Positions 9,199 to 19,049 of a stretch of DNA of 64,000 nucleotides are shown here, piece after piece. The stretch spans positions 41,443 through 105,442 of the forward strand of contig JAWXCN010000182.1 in NCBI GenBank assembly GCA_034408725.1, written 5' to 3'. The stretch comes from Candidatus Hydrogenedentota bacterium. GTDB lineage: Bacteria; Hydrogenedentota; Hydrogenedentia; Hydrogenedentales; SLHB01. Both the position numbers and the translations under genes were made by a program. Under the pieces are notes generated by a model. That model made no database searches and was not told the origin of the DNA. It worked only from the letters and a program-made list of their open reading frames with translations. Numbering within the stretch: the first letter of the stretch is position 1; every line of letters begins with the position of its first letter.

Positions 9199-9930
9199 TT
9201 ATTCGGAGGCTGGCTTCTTCTCCGTGATGAGCACCGGGGCGCCTTCCGGCACCAGCGCAAACACTTCGATGACATCGGAGTTTTTCATGCGTACACAGCC
9301 TTGTGAGGATGGCGTGCCAATCTTCTCTTCTTCGTTGGTGCCGTGGATGTAGATGTACCGGCTGTAGGAGTCTACATTTCCGCCAAGATTCTTGCCCGGT
9401 TCATAACCGTCAAGCCACAGAATGCGTGTCAGAACGAGGTCCTTCTTTGTGGATTGACCCGGCTTCCAAACCTCTTTCGTTGCGACTGCTCCACGGAAGA
9501 CCTGTCCGATGGGCGCGCCATCGCCGACTTTTCGTTTTACGTTATGCCAGCCCAGAGGTGTTTTTTGGCTATTCATTGCCGAGCCGGCACCGTTCTTTGC
9601 AGTAGCGCAAGCCCCTTGCCAGACGATGGTGTTTGCCTGGATTATCCGGAGGACTTGCTCATCGACCGACACCCAGACCGCGAGTCCGTTGCCGGCCCAT
9701 TTTTCCCAGTTCTGTTCGGCAAGGTACGAATTCTGATCACCGGTCAGGGATGTGGTCACGGATTCACCTTCTTTGGGCGCGTGCGCGGCGGCGCTGCCCG
9801 GTGAGGCGGTCACAGTGTTTGACTCCGAGTTCGCTCCGCCAAATGGCATCGCGGCATACAGAAAGATGGCTGCACCAACGAACGCGCCTGGGCCCGCAAC
9901 CGTCCGTGCAAAAGCAATGGGGGTTCTCAA
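9199..9930 (-). CDS. L,D-transpeptidase (YkuD family)
   Basis: TPLGWH and the catalytic motif IYIHGT...SQGCVRM. Confidence 0.9.
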   Translation of the reverse strand: MRTPIAFARTVAGPGAFVGAAIFLYAAMPFGGANSESNTVTASPGSAAAHAPKEGESVTTSLTGDQNSYLAEQNWEKWAGNGLAVWVSVDEQVLRIIQANTIVWQGACATAKNGAGSAMNSQKTPLGWHNVKRKVGDGAPIGQVFRGAVATKEVWKPGQSTKKDLVLTRILWLDGYEPGKNLGGNVDSYSRYIYIHGTNEEEKIGTPSSQGCVRMKNSDVIEVFALVPEGAPVLITEKKPASE

Positions 9931-10068
9931 TCAGTCCTCCGGAAAGTTCTCACACCAATTACACCATGCGCGCCAAAACAGGGCTGCGACGAAACAAATA
10001 TGATAGCATACACCCGCGTCCGGGTTCATCCGCGCCGCAAGCCAAAAAAAGGGAGGGGTAGGGGAGCG

Positions 10069-11112
10069 ATGTTGAGGAAAATCGTGGCAGGAATCATTCT
10101 GGGGATTGGAATTTCGTATAACACTATGGCAGACACCGCGTTACATGAAATCACGGCTGCGGCACAGGGCTTTTTGGCGTCGCTCACCGCTGAACAACGC
10201 GCAGCCACTGTACTGCCTTTCAATTCGGATGAGCGGCTCAACTGGCATTACGTGCCAAAGGTGCGGCAAGGCATTTCGATCAAGGCATTAACGCCGGAGC
10301 AGCGGGACGTTGCGTTGGCAATTTTGAAGACTGCATTGAGCGCGCAGGGATTTGAAAAAATAGAGACCATTCGGAGTCTGGAAGATATATTGCACATCTT
10401 AGAAGGCGGCAAAGGTGCGGCACGGGACCTTGAACTCTACTATTTCACACTATTCGGCGAACCCTCGGAAAGTGGGAATTGGGGGCTACGCTACGAAGGA
10501 CACCATCTTTCGCTGCACTGGACGATTGTTAACGGTCAGATTGTATCTACCCTTCCTCAATTCATGGGATCGAATCCTGGTGAAGTGAAAAGCGGACCCA
10601 AGCAAGGGACGCGGCCTTTGAGCGCGGAAGAAGACCTTGCGCGCGCGCTCGTCACGTCATTGGATGAAAAGCAGCGTGCCGAATGTGTTTTGCAGCAAGC
10701 AGTCCCGGCAGACATTATCACTGGCGCGTCGCGAGAAGCCGCGATCGAGGGGCACGTCGGATTGGGATATGGCGCGATGACGGCCGATCAACAGGGCTTG
10801 CTGATCAGTCTGATCCAGGTACTCGCGGATGTTCAGCGAAAGGAACTCGCCGAGAAGCGCGTGGCGAGCCTGCGCGAGGCCGGGATCGAGAACATCAAGT
10901 TCGCATGGATTGGAGGATTCGAGAGAGGGGAGAAACACTATTACCGCGTGCAGGGCCCGACTTTCGTGATAGAATATGACAACACTCAAAACGACGCGAA
11001 CCATGTTCATGTCGTTTGGCGGGATTTTCAGGGTGATTTCGGCATGGACGTTTTGAAGAAACATTATGTGTCGCACGCCGATACGGCCCATCCGCGGGAA
11101 CACAAACACTGA
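10069..11112 (+). CDS. DUF3500 family secreted protein
   Basis: WHYVP, 'WGLRYEGHHLS', 'YYRVQGPTFVIEYDNTQNDANHVHVVWRD'; GGGAG RBS before ATG 10069. Confidence 0.85.
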   Translation: MLRKIVAGIILGIGISYNTMADTALHEITAAAQGFLASLTAEQRAATVLPFNSDERLNWHYVPKVRQGISIKALTPEQRDVALAILKTALSAQGFEKIETIRSLEDILHILEGGKGAARDLELYYFTLFGEPSESGNWGLRYEGHHLSLHWTIVNGQIVSTLPQFMGSNPGEVKSGPKQGTRPLSAEEDLARALVTSLDEKQRAECVLQQAVPADIITGASREAAIEGHVGLGYGAMTADQQGLLISLIQVLADVQRKELAEKRVASLREAGIENIKFAWIGGFERGEKHYYRVQGPTFVIEYDNTQNDANHVHVVWRDFQGDFGMDVLKKHYVSHADTAHPREHKH

Positions 11113-11119
11113 GCCGTCC

Positions 11120-12040
11120 GTGCCGGTATTGACGCGACGTTCGTTGGCCGCGCTGTTGTGGGTTATTGGCGCGGGTGTTTTTGCGGCATTTGTCGTGGTT
11201 GTGGGTTGGCGTCCGATTGCGGATGCACTCGCCAACGCGCACGTGGGCAAACTGACGGGGATGTCGCTTGTCACCGTTGCCGCGCTCTGGTTGCGCGTGT
11301 ATAAATGGCGCATCGCATTGGGGCCGGCGCCCGGCGCCATTCCCTTATTTTGGATGTCGAAGGCGGCGGGGGAATTCTCTCCCGGACGCGTGGGCGAGTT
11401 ATCACCGCTGTTGTTGAAGCGCTACCGCACGCCGCGCATTGCGGCGTGGATCGTGTTAGATCGCGTGTTGGAAATGACGGCCACGATTGGACTTGGCGTG
11501 GCGGGTATCCTATTGATACGTGTGCCCAACCAAACTACTGCGATTCTTGCCGCATCTCTGATCTCTTTCTCCATGCTGGCCGCGCTCTACCTGATGTCGA
11601 AGCGTGCATTGTTCGAGTGGTTGGCGGCGTGGGCTGGCTCGGAATCCCGAATCGGACGCGCCTTGCTATTTTTCGCGGAGGCCGGCTCTGAAATACGCGC
11701 ATTCAGGGGCGCCATGCCCGGCGCGATGGTGATTACGCTGATTGCAGGATTCGCAGATGTTTGGGCGGGAATGTTGTTGTACTCCGCATTCGGGACACAC
11801 GTTTCGTTTGCCCTAATGGCGGCGGTAAAAGGTCTCCACGCCATCACGAGTGCCATTCCCCTCACCCCGAACGCGACCGGTGTTCCCTATCTCACCGCGG
11901 CGGTATTGCTGCATGAAGTTGGCGGCGTTTCCTCCGAAGTGCTGATCGCGGCAATTGCCGTTGCGGTAGCGATTACCAATATTGTGTTCTGGTTATCGGC
12001 GCTGGCGGCAGCGCCTTCGTTGCGCTCGGCGAATTTCTAA
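11120..12040 (+). CDS. Lysylphosphatidylglycerol-synthase TM (flippase-like) domain protein
   Basis: Multi-TM; 'LRVYKW', 'SPGRVGE', 'LDRVLE', 'IPLTPNATGV'. Confidence 0.8.
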   Translation: MPVLTRRSLAALLWVIGAGVFAAFVVVVGWRPIADALANAHVGKLTGMSLVTVAALWLRVYKWRIALGPAPGAIPLFWMSKAAGEFSPGRVGELSPLLLKRYRTPRIAAWIVLDRVLEMTATIGLGVAGILLIRVPNQTTAILAASLISFSMLAALYLMSKRALFEWLAAWAGSESRIGRALLFFAEAGSEIRAFRGAMPGAMVITLIAGFADVWAGMLLYSAFGTHVSFALMAAVKGLHAITSAIPLTPNATGVPYLTAAVLLHEVGGVSSEVLIAAIAVAVAITNIVFWLSALAAAPSLRSANF

Positions 12041-12046
12041 AGGTTT

Positions 12047-12078
12047 GTCGCCGAAGGCGCGTGAACGCCTCCGGCGAC
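12047..12078. terminator. Hairpin between convergent genes
   Basis: GTCGCCGAAGGCG-cgtgaa-CGCCTCCGGCGAC imperfect inverted repeat. Confidence 0.5.
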
Positions 12079-12098
12079 TTCGTTTCCCCCTGCAACCG

Positions 12099-12269
12099 CT
12101 AGAAAACAAGCCAGAATACAACCCCAATCATGATGGTAGAACCCAAGACCATTTTCGAGATTGCGCCCCAATCGAGTTGTGACTCCGCGCGTGACCGATG
12201 ACCGAGTCGTTGCGCGGTGGTGTGGGTGCGGTGGCTGATCTGCTGACGGCAACTTGCGTGCGTAACCAT
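12099..12269 (-). CDS. Unannotated 56-aa protein with a C-terminal TM helix
   Basis: MVTHASCRQQISHRTHTTAQRLGHRSRAESQLDWGAISKMVLGSTIMIGVVFWLVF*; strong RBS GGAGGATAAGGAA-ATG; upstream sigma54 motif. Confidence 0.75.
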   Translation of the reverse strand: MVTHASCRQQISHRTHTTAQRLGHRSRAESQLDWGAISKMVLGSTIMIGVVFWLVF

Positions 12270-12348
12270 TTCCTTATCCTCCCTCTAAGCCTTGCGCTCC
12301 TTCTTTTGCGCTGGCTTTGATTCCCAATCCCGTTGTCGCATTAGATAG

Positions 12349-12365
12349 AGCATGTGTCGTGCCAA
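12349..12365 (-). promoter_or_regulatory. Sigma54 promoter for the 56-aa ORF
   Basis: Minus strand TTGGCACGACACATGCT = TGGCACG-N4-ATGC. Confidence 0.75.
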
Positions 12366-12490
12366 CAAGGGGAGTGTGCGCTATCGCATTTAATGGAAAG
12401 GAGTTGGCCTGGGAGGTTAGTTTGCGAGGTGCGGTGTGGGCAGATCCGCGTTTAGAAACTGAACAAGTTAAAGTAAAGTAACTGTACAAT

Positions 12491-13882
12491 TCACGCCTGT
12501 GCGTGCGTACTGTCGCGGAAAACAACCCGTTCGACTGCGCGAACAGCCGACACAACGCAGTCATTCAGTCCAACTCCGCGATAAGCGTTCCCAGCGAAAA
12601 CCAGGCCGGGGTTGCGATTCTCCGCGGCTTCGATGGCTGCCAACCGGCCGCCGTGCCCGAGTGTATATTGCGGGATACCGCGTGCGTGCCGAAAGACCTG
12701 TGTAAGTAGAGGTGCTCCGGAAATACGGAGAAGGGAATGCACCTCATTGCGCACGACGTCCATGAGTTGTTCGTGGTCAAGTTCTAACGCACTAGGGTCA
12801 GTCGCCCCTCCGATCATCGTCCGGATCAATACGTGATCGGCGGGCGCTTCGTGTGGAAAAATCGATGATGTCCACAAACACCCAAGCGTGCGCTTGCCTT
12901 CCCTTTTCGGGACGAGGTATCCGAATCCTCCGAGTGGATGATCGACTTGCTGACGGGTGTAGGCAGAACATACAACCGTGATGCCCGCGTATGGGATGGC
13001 TTCGAGATTTGTAGCGGCCTCGCCGTCTAAGGACGCCAACAGCGCCGCGGCACGGAATGCAGGTATCGTCACGACGACGTACTCTGCGTTAATGGAGTGT
13101 CCCTGCCCGGTCTTAATTTGATACGAACTACCGATGCGTTCGATAGTCTGCGCGGCATCCGCGATCAGGACACGGTCTCCCAGTGTGTTGCTGGACGCTT
13201 CCGCGAGATACCCCATCCCTCTGCGAAAGGATGTCAATACACCGCCCGGCCCCATGCTGTCTCCAGCTCGCGAATTCCTTTTCTTTGCGAACATTCCACG
13301 TAGCAGTGAGCCGTATTCGCGTTCCAGGGCCGCGATGCGCGGAAAGCAATCGACCATCGACAACTCTTTCGCGTCGCCACCATAGACGCCACTCGCCATG
13401 CAGGACACGAGGGTGTCGGCGGCTTCCGGACCGAGTCTGCGTGCCGCAAAACTCCAGACGGTCTCAGGATCGTTGCCACGTTTGCGGGACACAAGGGGCT
13501 CTCGCATAAGGCGCAGACGGCCGGACAATGACAATAGGGGACTCAGCAGGAACGCGGGCGGTTTCCGGATTTCGATGAGCGCATTATTCTTGAGAATGAA
13601 TCGCCGTGCCGCCGATTCATCGGCGCGCACCAGTTCGCCACTCAATCCCAATTCGTCAATCCATTTCAAAGTCAATGGTTCACGGTCTAGAAATCCGTTT
13701 GGGCCCCAGTCGAGGCAGAATCCGTCCACGATATCTGTTCGCGCGGCGCCGCCGGTGGCGTTGGCCGCTTCAAGCAGAAGTACGCGGGTGCGTCCGAAAA
13801 ATTCACTAAGGTAGTGGGCGGCGCAAAGGCCCGTGATGCCGCCGCCGAGGACGAGTGCTTTGCATTCGTATCGCATTACCAA
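12491..13882 (-). CDS. hemG: Protoporphyrinogen/coproporphyrinogen oxidase (HemY-type)
   Basis: GGGITGL FAD motif, 'DWGPNGF', 'GFGYLVP', 'IPQYTLGH', 'GNAYRGVGLNDC'. Confidence 0.93.
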   Translation of the reverse strand: MVMRYECKALVLGGGITGLCAAHYLSEFFGRTRVLLLEAANATGGAARTDIVDGFCLDWGPNGFLDREPLTLKWIDELGLSGELVRADESAARRFILKNNALIEIRKPPAFLLSPLLSLSGRLRLMREPLVSRKRGNDPETVWSFAARRLGPEAADTLVSCMASGVYGGDAKELSMVDCFPRIAALEREYGSLLRGMFAKKRNSRAGDSMGPGGVLTSFRRGMGYLAEASSNTLGDRVLIADAAQTIERIGSSYQIKTGQGHSINAEYVVVTIPAFRAAALLASLDGEAATNLEAIPYAGITVVCSAYTRQQVDHPLGGFGYLVPKREGKRTLGCLWTSSIFPHEAPADHVLIRTMIGGATDPSALELDHEQLMDVVRNEVHSLLRISGAPLLTQVFRHARGIPQYTLGHGGRLAAIEAAENRNPGLVFAGNAYRGVGLNDCVVSAVRAVERVVFRDSTHAQA

Positions 13883-13985
13883 ACCATTTGTAAATAGGAA
13901 GTGTCAGTTACGGGATCACACGACGCCTCGTATACTATAGCTGAACCTGGGAATGGGCAAACCACCCGTCGTGTTGGAACAAAAT

Positions 13986-15152
13986 ATGAGCGACAACTTT
14001 TATCCCGCACCGCCTTCAGCTCCGCGCAACAAATATTTTTTCATCGCCGTGCTGGTTGCCCTCGCATTGACAGGAGGCATGGGAGTTGGCTACGCGCTTG
14101 CACGGTCCACGTGGCGCGCAGACGGCGAGCCGCTTGCAACCACCCTGACGAATACGAACGGCGATGCGGTATCCAACTTATCCGCTACGGCACGCGTATC
14201 GAATCTTCCGGCCGGCGAGTTCCGGCCCAAGCAGGAAGAAGGGACGCTGCTGACGTATCGATTGGACGCGGAGATCGCGGGCGGGGGGACGGAAGCGGGA
14301 GAATTTTCCGAAGTGTATATGAACTTCGGAAGCGATGTGTCTTTGTATACGAAGCGCGTCGCTCCGGATGGCAGCGCGGACCTTAGGTTTACATTCGAGA
14401 ACACGGGGCTTGCGGGCACGTTTTTCGACAGCCCGTTCGAACTGCGGTTCAGCAACGCGGTGCAAACCACGGACAACACGGACACACCGGCTGGCGCGCC
14501 GGAAAACCCGCAGACGACGTTTTTGTCCGAACCCATAGAAATGCGGATTGGCCCGGACGGTGAGGTGCTGGCTATCAGCAACCCATCATCGTTGAAGGAC
14601 ATGTTGGGAACAATCGTGACGGTGCCGCAACTGACTTTTCCCGAAGGAGAACTGGCGGAAGGCAGACAATGGGTCACACATCTGTCGCTGCCCGTGCCCG
14701 GGATTGCAAACGCCGTCGATACACAGATTGTGAATACGTTTGTTGGCGTTGAGCGAATGGGGGAGTATGAATGTGGCGTCGTCCGGCAACATCTCGGTGC
14801 AACGGAAGTAGACACCCAGGCTTCAGCGCCTTCGGGGCCAAATGAAGAGCCCATGTTATTCAGCGTGCCGCTCTTCGATCTGACCGGCGAGAACTTGATC
14901 TATTTCGATACGGCGACGGGCCGGCTTGTCCACGCGACGCTCGATATGAAATTTGAGTTGCGCATCAAGGAGCAACTGGGCGAGGCGGGAAACTTGCTTC
15001 AACAAATACTTCCGCGGTTATCCGGCGAAGAAGGCGCTGAAAACATTGACGACATCTTGTCGCCGGAAGGAAAGCCTGATTTGATGGACCTGTCGCTGGA
15101 CATTGATGGCGCGTTCTCCCTGGTGAACGACGGTCCGCCACTCCCCATTTGA
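13986..15152 (+). CDS. Hypothetical membrane-anchored, acidic beta-rich protein
   Basis: Long ORF with N-terminal TM helix; 'IYFDTATGRLV'. Confidence 0.7.
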   Translation: MSDNFYPAPPSAPRNKYFFIAVLVALALTGGMGVGYALARSTWRADGEPLATTLTNTNGDAVSNLSATARVSNLPAGEFRPKQEEGTLLTYRLDAEIAGGGTEAGEFSEVYMNFGSDVSLYTKRVAPDGSADLRFTFENTGLAGTFFDSPFELRFSNAVQTTDNTDTPAGAPENPQTTFLSEPIEMRIGPDGEVLAISNPSSLKDMLGTIVTVPQLTFPEGELAEGRQWVTHLSLPVPGIANAVDTQIVNTFVGVERMGEYECGVVRQHLGATEVDTQASAPSGPNEEPMLFSVPLFDLTGENLIYFDTATGRLVHATLDMKFELRIKEQLGEAGNLLQQILPRLSGEEGAENIDDILSPEGKPDLMDLSLDIDGAFSLVNDGPPLPI

Positions 15153-15159
15153 CGTCTGC

Positions 15160-16647
15160 TTACCGGTACTGAGACGCCCAATGTTCCATGCGCTGGTCTT
15201 CGTGCTTCATACGCCAGCGCAACATTCGCTGGCAAAATGAAGCAACCACGCCGGCGTACTTCTCATTTTCGGCGAGGTTGACGTGTTCTCCGGGATCGAG
15301 TTGGAGATCGAACAGCAGCGGTGGCAGCGATTGCGCGCCAAACTGGACGTACTTGTATCGATCGTCGCGAATGACCCACAGGACGCAGGCGTCCGGGTCT
15401 TCGTCCAGAAGACCATCATATTTCCCGCGAAAATCATATTCGAAATGTACCGAAGCTTTCCCAAATGACTCGTCGGGCGAGTGAAGCGCAGGCAACAGAC
15501 TTGTGCCTTGCACACGGTCCGGTACGGGAACGCCGAGATATTCAAGAATTGTTGGCGCAATGTCAATCGATTCGCACAATCCACCAAACTGAGTGCCTCG
15601 CGAGCCATCTGCATTCGCGGAAGGATCGCGGATAATTAGGGGAACCCGCATGGTCTCGTCATAGAAATGGCCTTTGTCGAGAAAATAGTGATCGCCAAGA
15701 TACTCGCCGTGGTCCGAGGTAAACACGATGAGGGTGTTTTTTCCCTGGCCCGTGGCTTTCAGTGTTTCCATGATCCGGCCGATGTTTGCGTCCACTTCCG
15801 AAATCATTCCGTAGTAGCAGGCGCGGGTTTCGCGCAAATCACGTTCCGATTCAAGTTGCGGGCATGACCGTGCCATCTGAAGGTACGGGTGCGTTGGGTT
15901 GTGTTCTTCCGCGCGCCGGTTTGCAGATGGCATACGTGACGCCTCGTACATGGCGTGGTACGGAGCGGGACAAATGCGCGGAGGGTGCGGCTTGATGAAG
16001 TTGACGCTCGCAAACCAACCCGCGGATGTCTGCCCGCTAATGTAATCGCACGCCTGGTCCGTAAGAAAACGGCATTCACTATCCTCGTGCGCATACAACG
16101 CGGGGAAATGAAGAGGAAGATGAGCGCCCAGACCTTCTTTCGGCACATCATGCGTAACCGTAATCTCCGGACCGCACAGGTGATCCGGATAGCCCTTTGC
16201 GCGGAGACTCTCGAAATATTGCGGTGAATGGTATTCGTGGTTGTAGATATGATCGAAGCCCGGCAGAAAATTGGAAAAACTCAACGAAGTTTTTCGTGGA
16301 TCATCAGGAGGGAGTTCGCCAGGATCGAGCGAATAGTCGTTGTATCCGAATATCGCAGTGCGAAACCCCGCTTCCTTAATCTTGAGTGCAGCGTTCTCAT
16401 TGGCGTCGCTAAGTGGCGTGTAGTTGTTCACGGCGCGTGTTGAACACATGTACCTGCCGGTGTAAATGCACATCCGGCTCGGTCCGCACGGACTGGTCTG
16501 CACAAAACACCGTTTGAACAGCACGCCGGATTCTGCCAATGCGTCGAGATTTGGCGTATTGATGATCGAGTTTCCGCCGGCGCCCAAGCAGTCCCAGCGG
16601 AACTGATCAGCGATGATTAAGAGGACGTTTCGCGCCGGGGCGATCAT
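15160..16647 (-). CDS. Sulfatase family hydrolase (phosphonate monoester hydrolase-like)
   Basis: IIADQFR, formylglycine motif CGPSR, KPHPP, 'TSDHGEYLGDH', 'DIAPT'. Confidence 0.9.
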   Translation of the reverse strand: MIAPARNVLLIIADQFRWDCLGAGGNSIINTPNLDALAESGVLFKRCFVQTSPCGPSRMCIYTGRYMCSTRAVNNYTPLSDANENAALKIKEAGFRTAIFGYNDYSLDPGELPPDDPRKTSLSFSNFLPGFDHIYNHEYHSPQYFESLRAKGYPDHLCGPEITVTHDVPKEGLGAHLPLHFPALYAHEDSECRFLTDQACDYISGQTSAGWFASVNFIKPHPPRICPAPYHAMYEASRMPSANRRAEEHNPTHPYLQMARSCPQLESERDLRETRACYYGMISEVDANIGRIMETLKATGQGKNTLIVFTSDHGEYLGDHYFLDKGHFYDETMRVPLIIRDPSANADGSRGTQFGGLCESIDIAPTILEYLGVPVPDRVQGTSLLPALHSPDESFGKASVHFEYDFRGKYDGLLDEDPDACVLWVIRDDRYKYVQFGAQSLPPLLFDLQLDPGEHVNLAENEKYAGVVASFCQRMLRWRMKHEDQRMEHWASQYR

Positions 16648-16657
16648 GCGAAATCGA

Positions 16658-17158
16658 TTAGCGCCGGCGATCAGGAGAAGGCAATAAATCTGAACGATAC
16701 GTTACACCCGCAATTTTTAGTTGATCACCCGATCCCGAAAAAGCGAATTCTACTGTGGCGGGGCCATGCTCGAATTCCGCATCGTACAAAGCCTGGGTCA
16801 CGACGCCGGACCGATCCGATTCGACACTAATTCCCCGCACGGTTTTAATCTGGTATTGCCCAAGTGTCCGGCGCACGGCGCTGGACGTGCCGAGAAAGTC
16901 TTCCGCGCTGCTGACTTCTGCCAACGAAGGATGCGCATCCGAATAGACTTGCGCGAAATTGCCCGTGTTATACGACACGAAATAGTCATCGACCGCGGGT
17001 TCGACGGCATAGTCGCCGATATGCAGAAGAAGGTAGATAGATCCAAAGAGGAGCACCACGATCGAGAGCCCGCCGACAATACCCGCAAACAACCAACTGA
17101 TGCCTCCTCTCCGGCCATCAGCGCGCACTGCTCTTACCGTTTCGAGATTTTCAGTCAT
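16658..17158 (-). CDS. Hypothetical single-TM protein with small extracytoplasmic domain
   Basis: ATG 17158 after AAGGAAGG; one TM helix; 'YDAEFEHG.A..F' C-terminus. Confidence 0.7.
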   Translation of the reverse strand: MTENLETVRAVRADGRRGGISWLFAGIVGGLSIVVLLFGSIYLLLHIGDYAVEPAVDDYFVSYNTGNFAQVYSDAHPSLAEVSSAEDFLGTSSAVRRTLGQYQIKTVRGISVESDRSGVVTQALYDAEFEHGPATVEFAFSGSGDQLKIAGVTYRSDLLPSPDRRR

Positions 17159-17208
17159 CTGCCTTCCTTGCAAGTACCGAAGTGACACCAGTAGAAGATA
17201 CGCATTCT

Positions 17209-17485
17209 TTAACCTATTTTCCAGGAACACACCGCACTGACTTGTCGTGCATTACCCGTGAATACCGAAGAATACTCCCACCCCCAGGCAAGATTATCTT
17301 CGTTGGCGATGCCCAGGTAGTAGGTTTCGCCCGCAGTGAGGGCAAGGGGATCGAGCAGGAGCTCGTAGTAGTATTCGTCCATCGCGTCGAAAACGATGTC
17401 ATTTCCTGTATCAACGTGTGTTTTGGCACTGCGATCGATCGTTTAGACGAGATTGAATTCGTCGTCGAAGATCTACAGTGAATGG
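17209..17485 (-). pseudogene. Degenerate remnant homologous to the adjacent PEP-CTERM protein domain
   Basis: Reads FTV/IFDDEFNLV*TID...DEYYYELLLDPLALTAGETYYLGIANEDNLAWGWEYSS..GNARQ with one frameshift and one internal stop; aligns by eye to the 17798-18430 product. Confidence 0.75.
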
Positions 17486-17702
17486 TGCAAACTGGTTTCA
17501 GGACGAAAACGAATTTCTGGCAGGTCCTGGCGAATTTGCCCACCAAATCACCGGTCCTGGCGGCCCCGCGGTAAAATTTTTCCGTATTCATTAGTCACTG
17601 CTGACAAACCCTTGTCTAAATGTTTGAGCAGTTTTTTTGTCAATAGATTACTCAATTGTCGTAACTTACTGGTATTTATAGTTTTGCAAAATACACCCAA
17701 TG

Positions 17703-17718
17703 TGGCCCGAATCTTGCG
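17703..17718 (+). promoter_or_regulatory. Sigma54 promoter of the PEP-CTERM gene
   Basis: TGGCCCGAATCTTGCG = GG-N10-GC, 80 nt upstream of the ATG. Confidence 0.8.
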
Positions 17719-17797
17719 CATCCACTATGCGTTGTACCCGCTACTTTTGGGGCACAAATTTCCGGACTTGTTGAGCAGTAGAAAAAGGAGCAGGGTT

Positions 17798-18430
17798 ATG
17801 CGGTTGAAAGTGGGTTTCGTTGCCATCCTCATTGGGGTTCTCCTCTCGGGGTCAGCGGGCGCGAGTGTTATTTACGATAACGGGGCGTCTGTATTGAACT
17901 TTGGAGCCCTCGGCTCTTCTGGCCTTTTCCCAGCCGCCGACAATTTCATTTTAGCGGAAGGCTTCACAACGATTACTGACATTCATTGGTCGGGCTTCTA
18001 CCTAGAGGGTGCGCCGTCCGACAGTTTCACCGTCTATATTTATGGAGATGACGGTGGTTCGCCCGGCGCCGCGCCGTTACACACGTTAACCGATACGGTC
18101 GAACGCACGGACAGCGGGCTAAACAACACCATCGTTTTCGATGAATACAATTACGTAATGAATATTGACCCGCTTGATCTGTCCGCCAACACGACGTACT
18201 GGCTTTCCATTGTCAATGACACCGGCGAAGAGTTGTGGTTTTGGTCGTTTTCGGATTTAGAGGACGGCGATGCCCATCAGAAAGCCGTTTCGGCTTGGGT
18301 CGACCTTGATGTCGAGCTGGCATTTCAACTCACGGATGATGCCGTCGTGCCGGAACCGGCCTCCATGACGCTGCTCGGACTTGGGTTGGTCGCGTTCGCG
18401 GTCCGCCAGCGCTATCTGCGCGCGCGCTAA
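17798..18430 (+). CDS. PEP-CTERM (exosortase target) surface protein
   Basis: AAGGAG RBS; signal peptide; C-terminal VPEPASMTLLGLGLVAFAVRQRYLRAR. Confidence 0.95.
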   Translation: MRLKVGFVAILIGVLLSGSAGASVIYDNGASVLNFGALGSSGLFPAADNFILAEGFTTITDIHWSGFYLEGAPSDSFTVYIYGDDGGSPGAAPLHTLTDTVERTDSGLNNTIVFDEYNYVMNIDPLDLSANTTYWLSIVNDTGEELWFWSFSDLEDGDAHQKAVSAWVDLDVELAFQLTDDAVVPEPASMTLLGLGLVAFAVRQRYLRAR

Positions 18431-18454
18431 CGATCTTTGATCTTGTTATCCTCG

Positions 18455-18482
18455 CCGCCTCCCGTCCGGGAGGCGGTTTTTT
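18455..18482 (+). terminator. Rho-independent terminator
   Basis: CCGCCTCCC-gtcc-GGGAGGCGG followed by T6. Confidence 0.9.
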
Positions 18483-18552
18483 CCCTTCGTTGGACGCAAG
18501 TTTTGAAGCGCACCATTCGCAGTGCCGGGAAGGTGGCGGAAACTTATCTGGT

Positions 18553-18858
18553 TTAGTCGGGAATCTCGATTTGGATGTCCTCACCTTCGACATGGACCCT
18601 GTACCGGCATACGCCATCTTTCGGGTCTTCGTCGCAATGTTTTACGTCAAACGACCACCCGTGCCATGGGCAGGTGACTTCCGTGCCGTCCATCCATCCA
18701 TCGGACAGAGGTCCGCCGGCATGGGGGCAGGCATCGCTAATGGCGTGAAAATTTCCGCCAACATTGAACAGCGCGATTCGATGGTTCCCGCAGGTAAAAC
18801 ATTTGGCCTCGCCAGCGGGAACATCGGATCGTGTGCACACGGTAACAACTTCGGTCAT
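18553..18858 (-). CDS. Rieske [2Fe-2S] ferredoxin
   Basis: CPHAGGPL and CPWHGWSF. Confidence 0.92.
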   Translation of the reverse strand: MTEVVTVCTRSDVPAGEAKCFTCGNHRIALFNVGGNFHAISDACPHAGGPLSDGWMDGTEVTCPWHGWSFDVKHCDEDPKDGVCRYRVHVEGEDIQIEIPD

Positions 18859-19049
18859 TTCGGCTATAACTCCATGTTTCAAGCGAGGGTGGGCGGCAAG
18901 TCTAACGGGGGGTTAGGCCAACTTCAATATCGACTCACGGAATCCGCAACTGGAATCAGTAACGGTTTATATGGTGTTATAGGGAAGACCACCCATTTTG
19001 AGAAGGTTCCATCCATTTTGGATGCCAACGAGAGGAAGGAGTTCCGCAA

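Noticed and set aside
17182-17591. Track ORFs 17182..17481(+) and 17214..17591(-)
   Set aside because: Antisense shadow and off-frame reading of the PEP-CTERM-like remnant
17453-17797. N-terminal extension of the PEP-CTERM ORF
   Set aside because: Covers promoter DNA; the RBS and signal peptide fit ATG 17798
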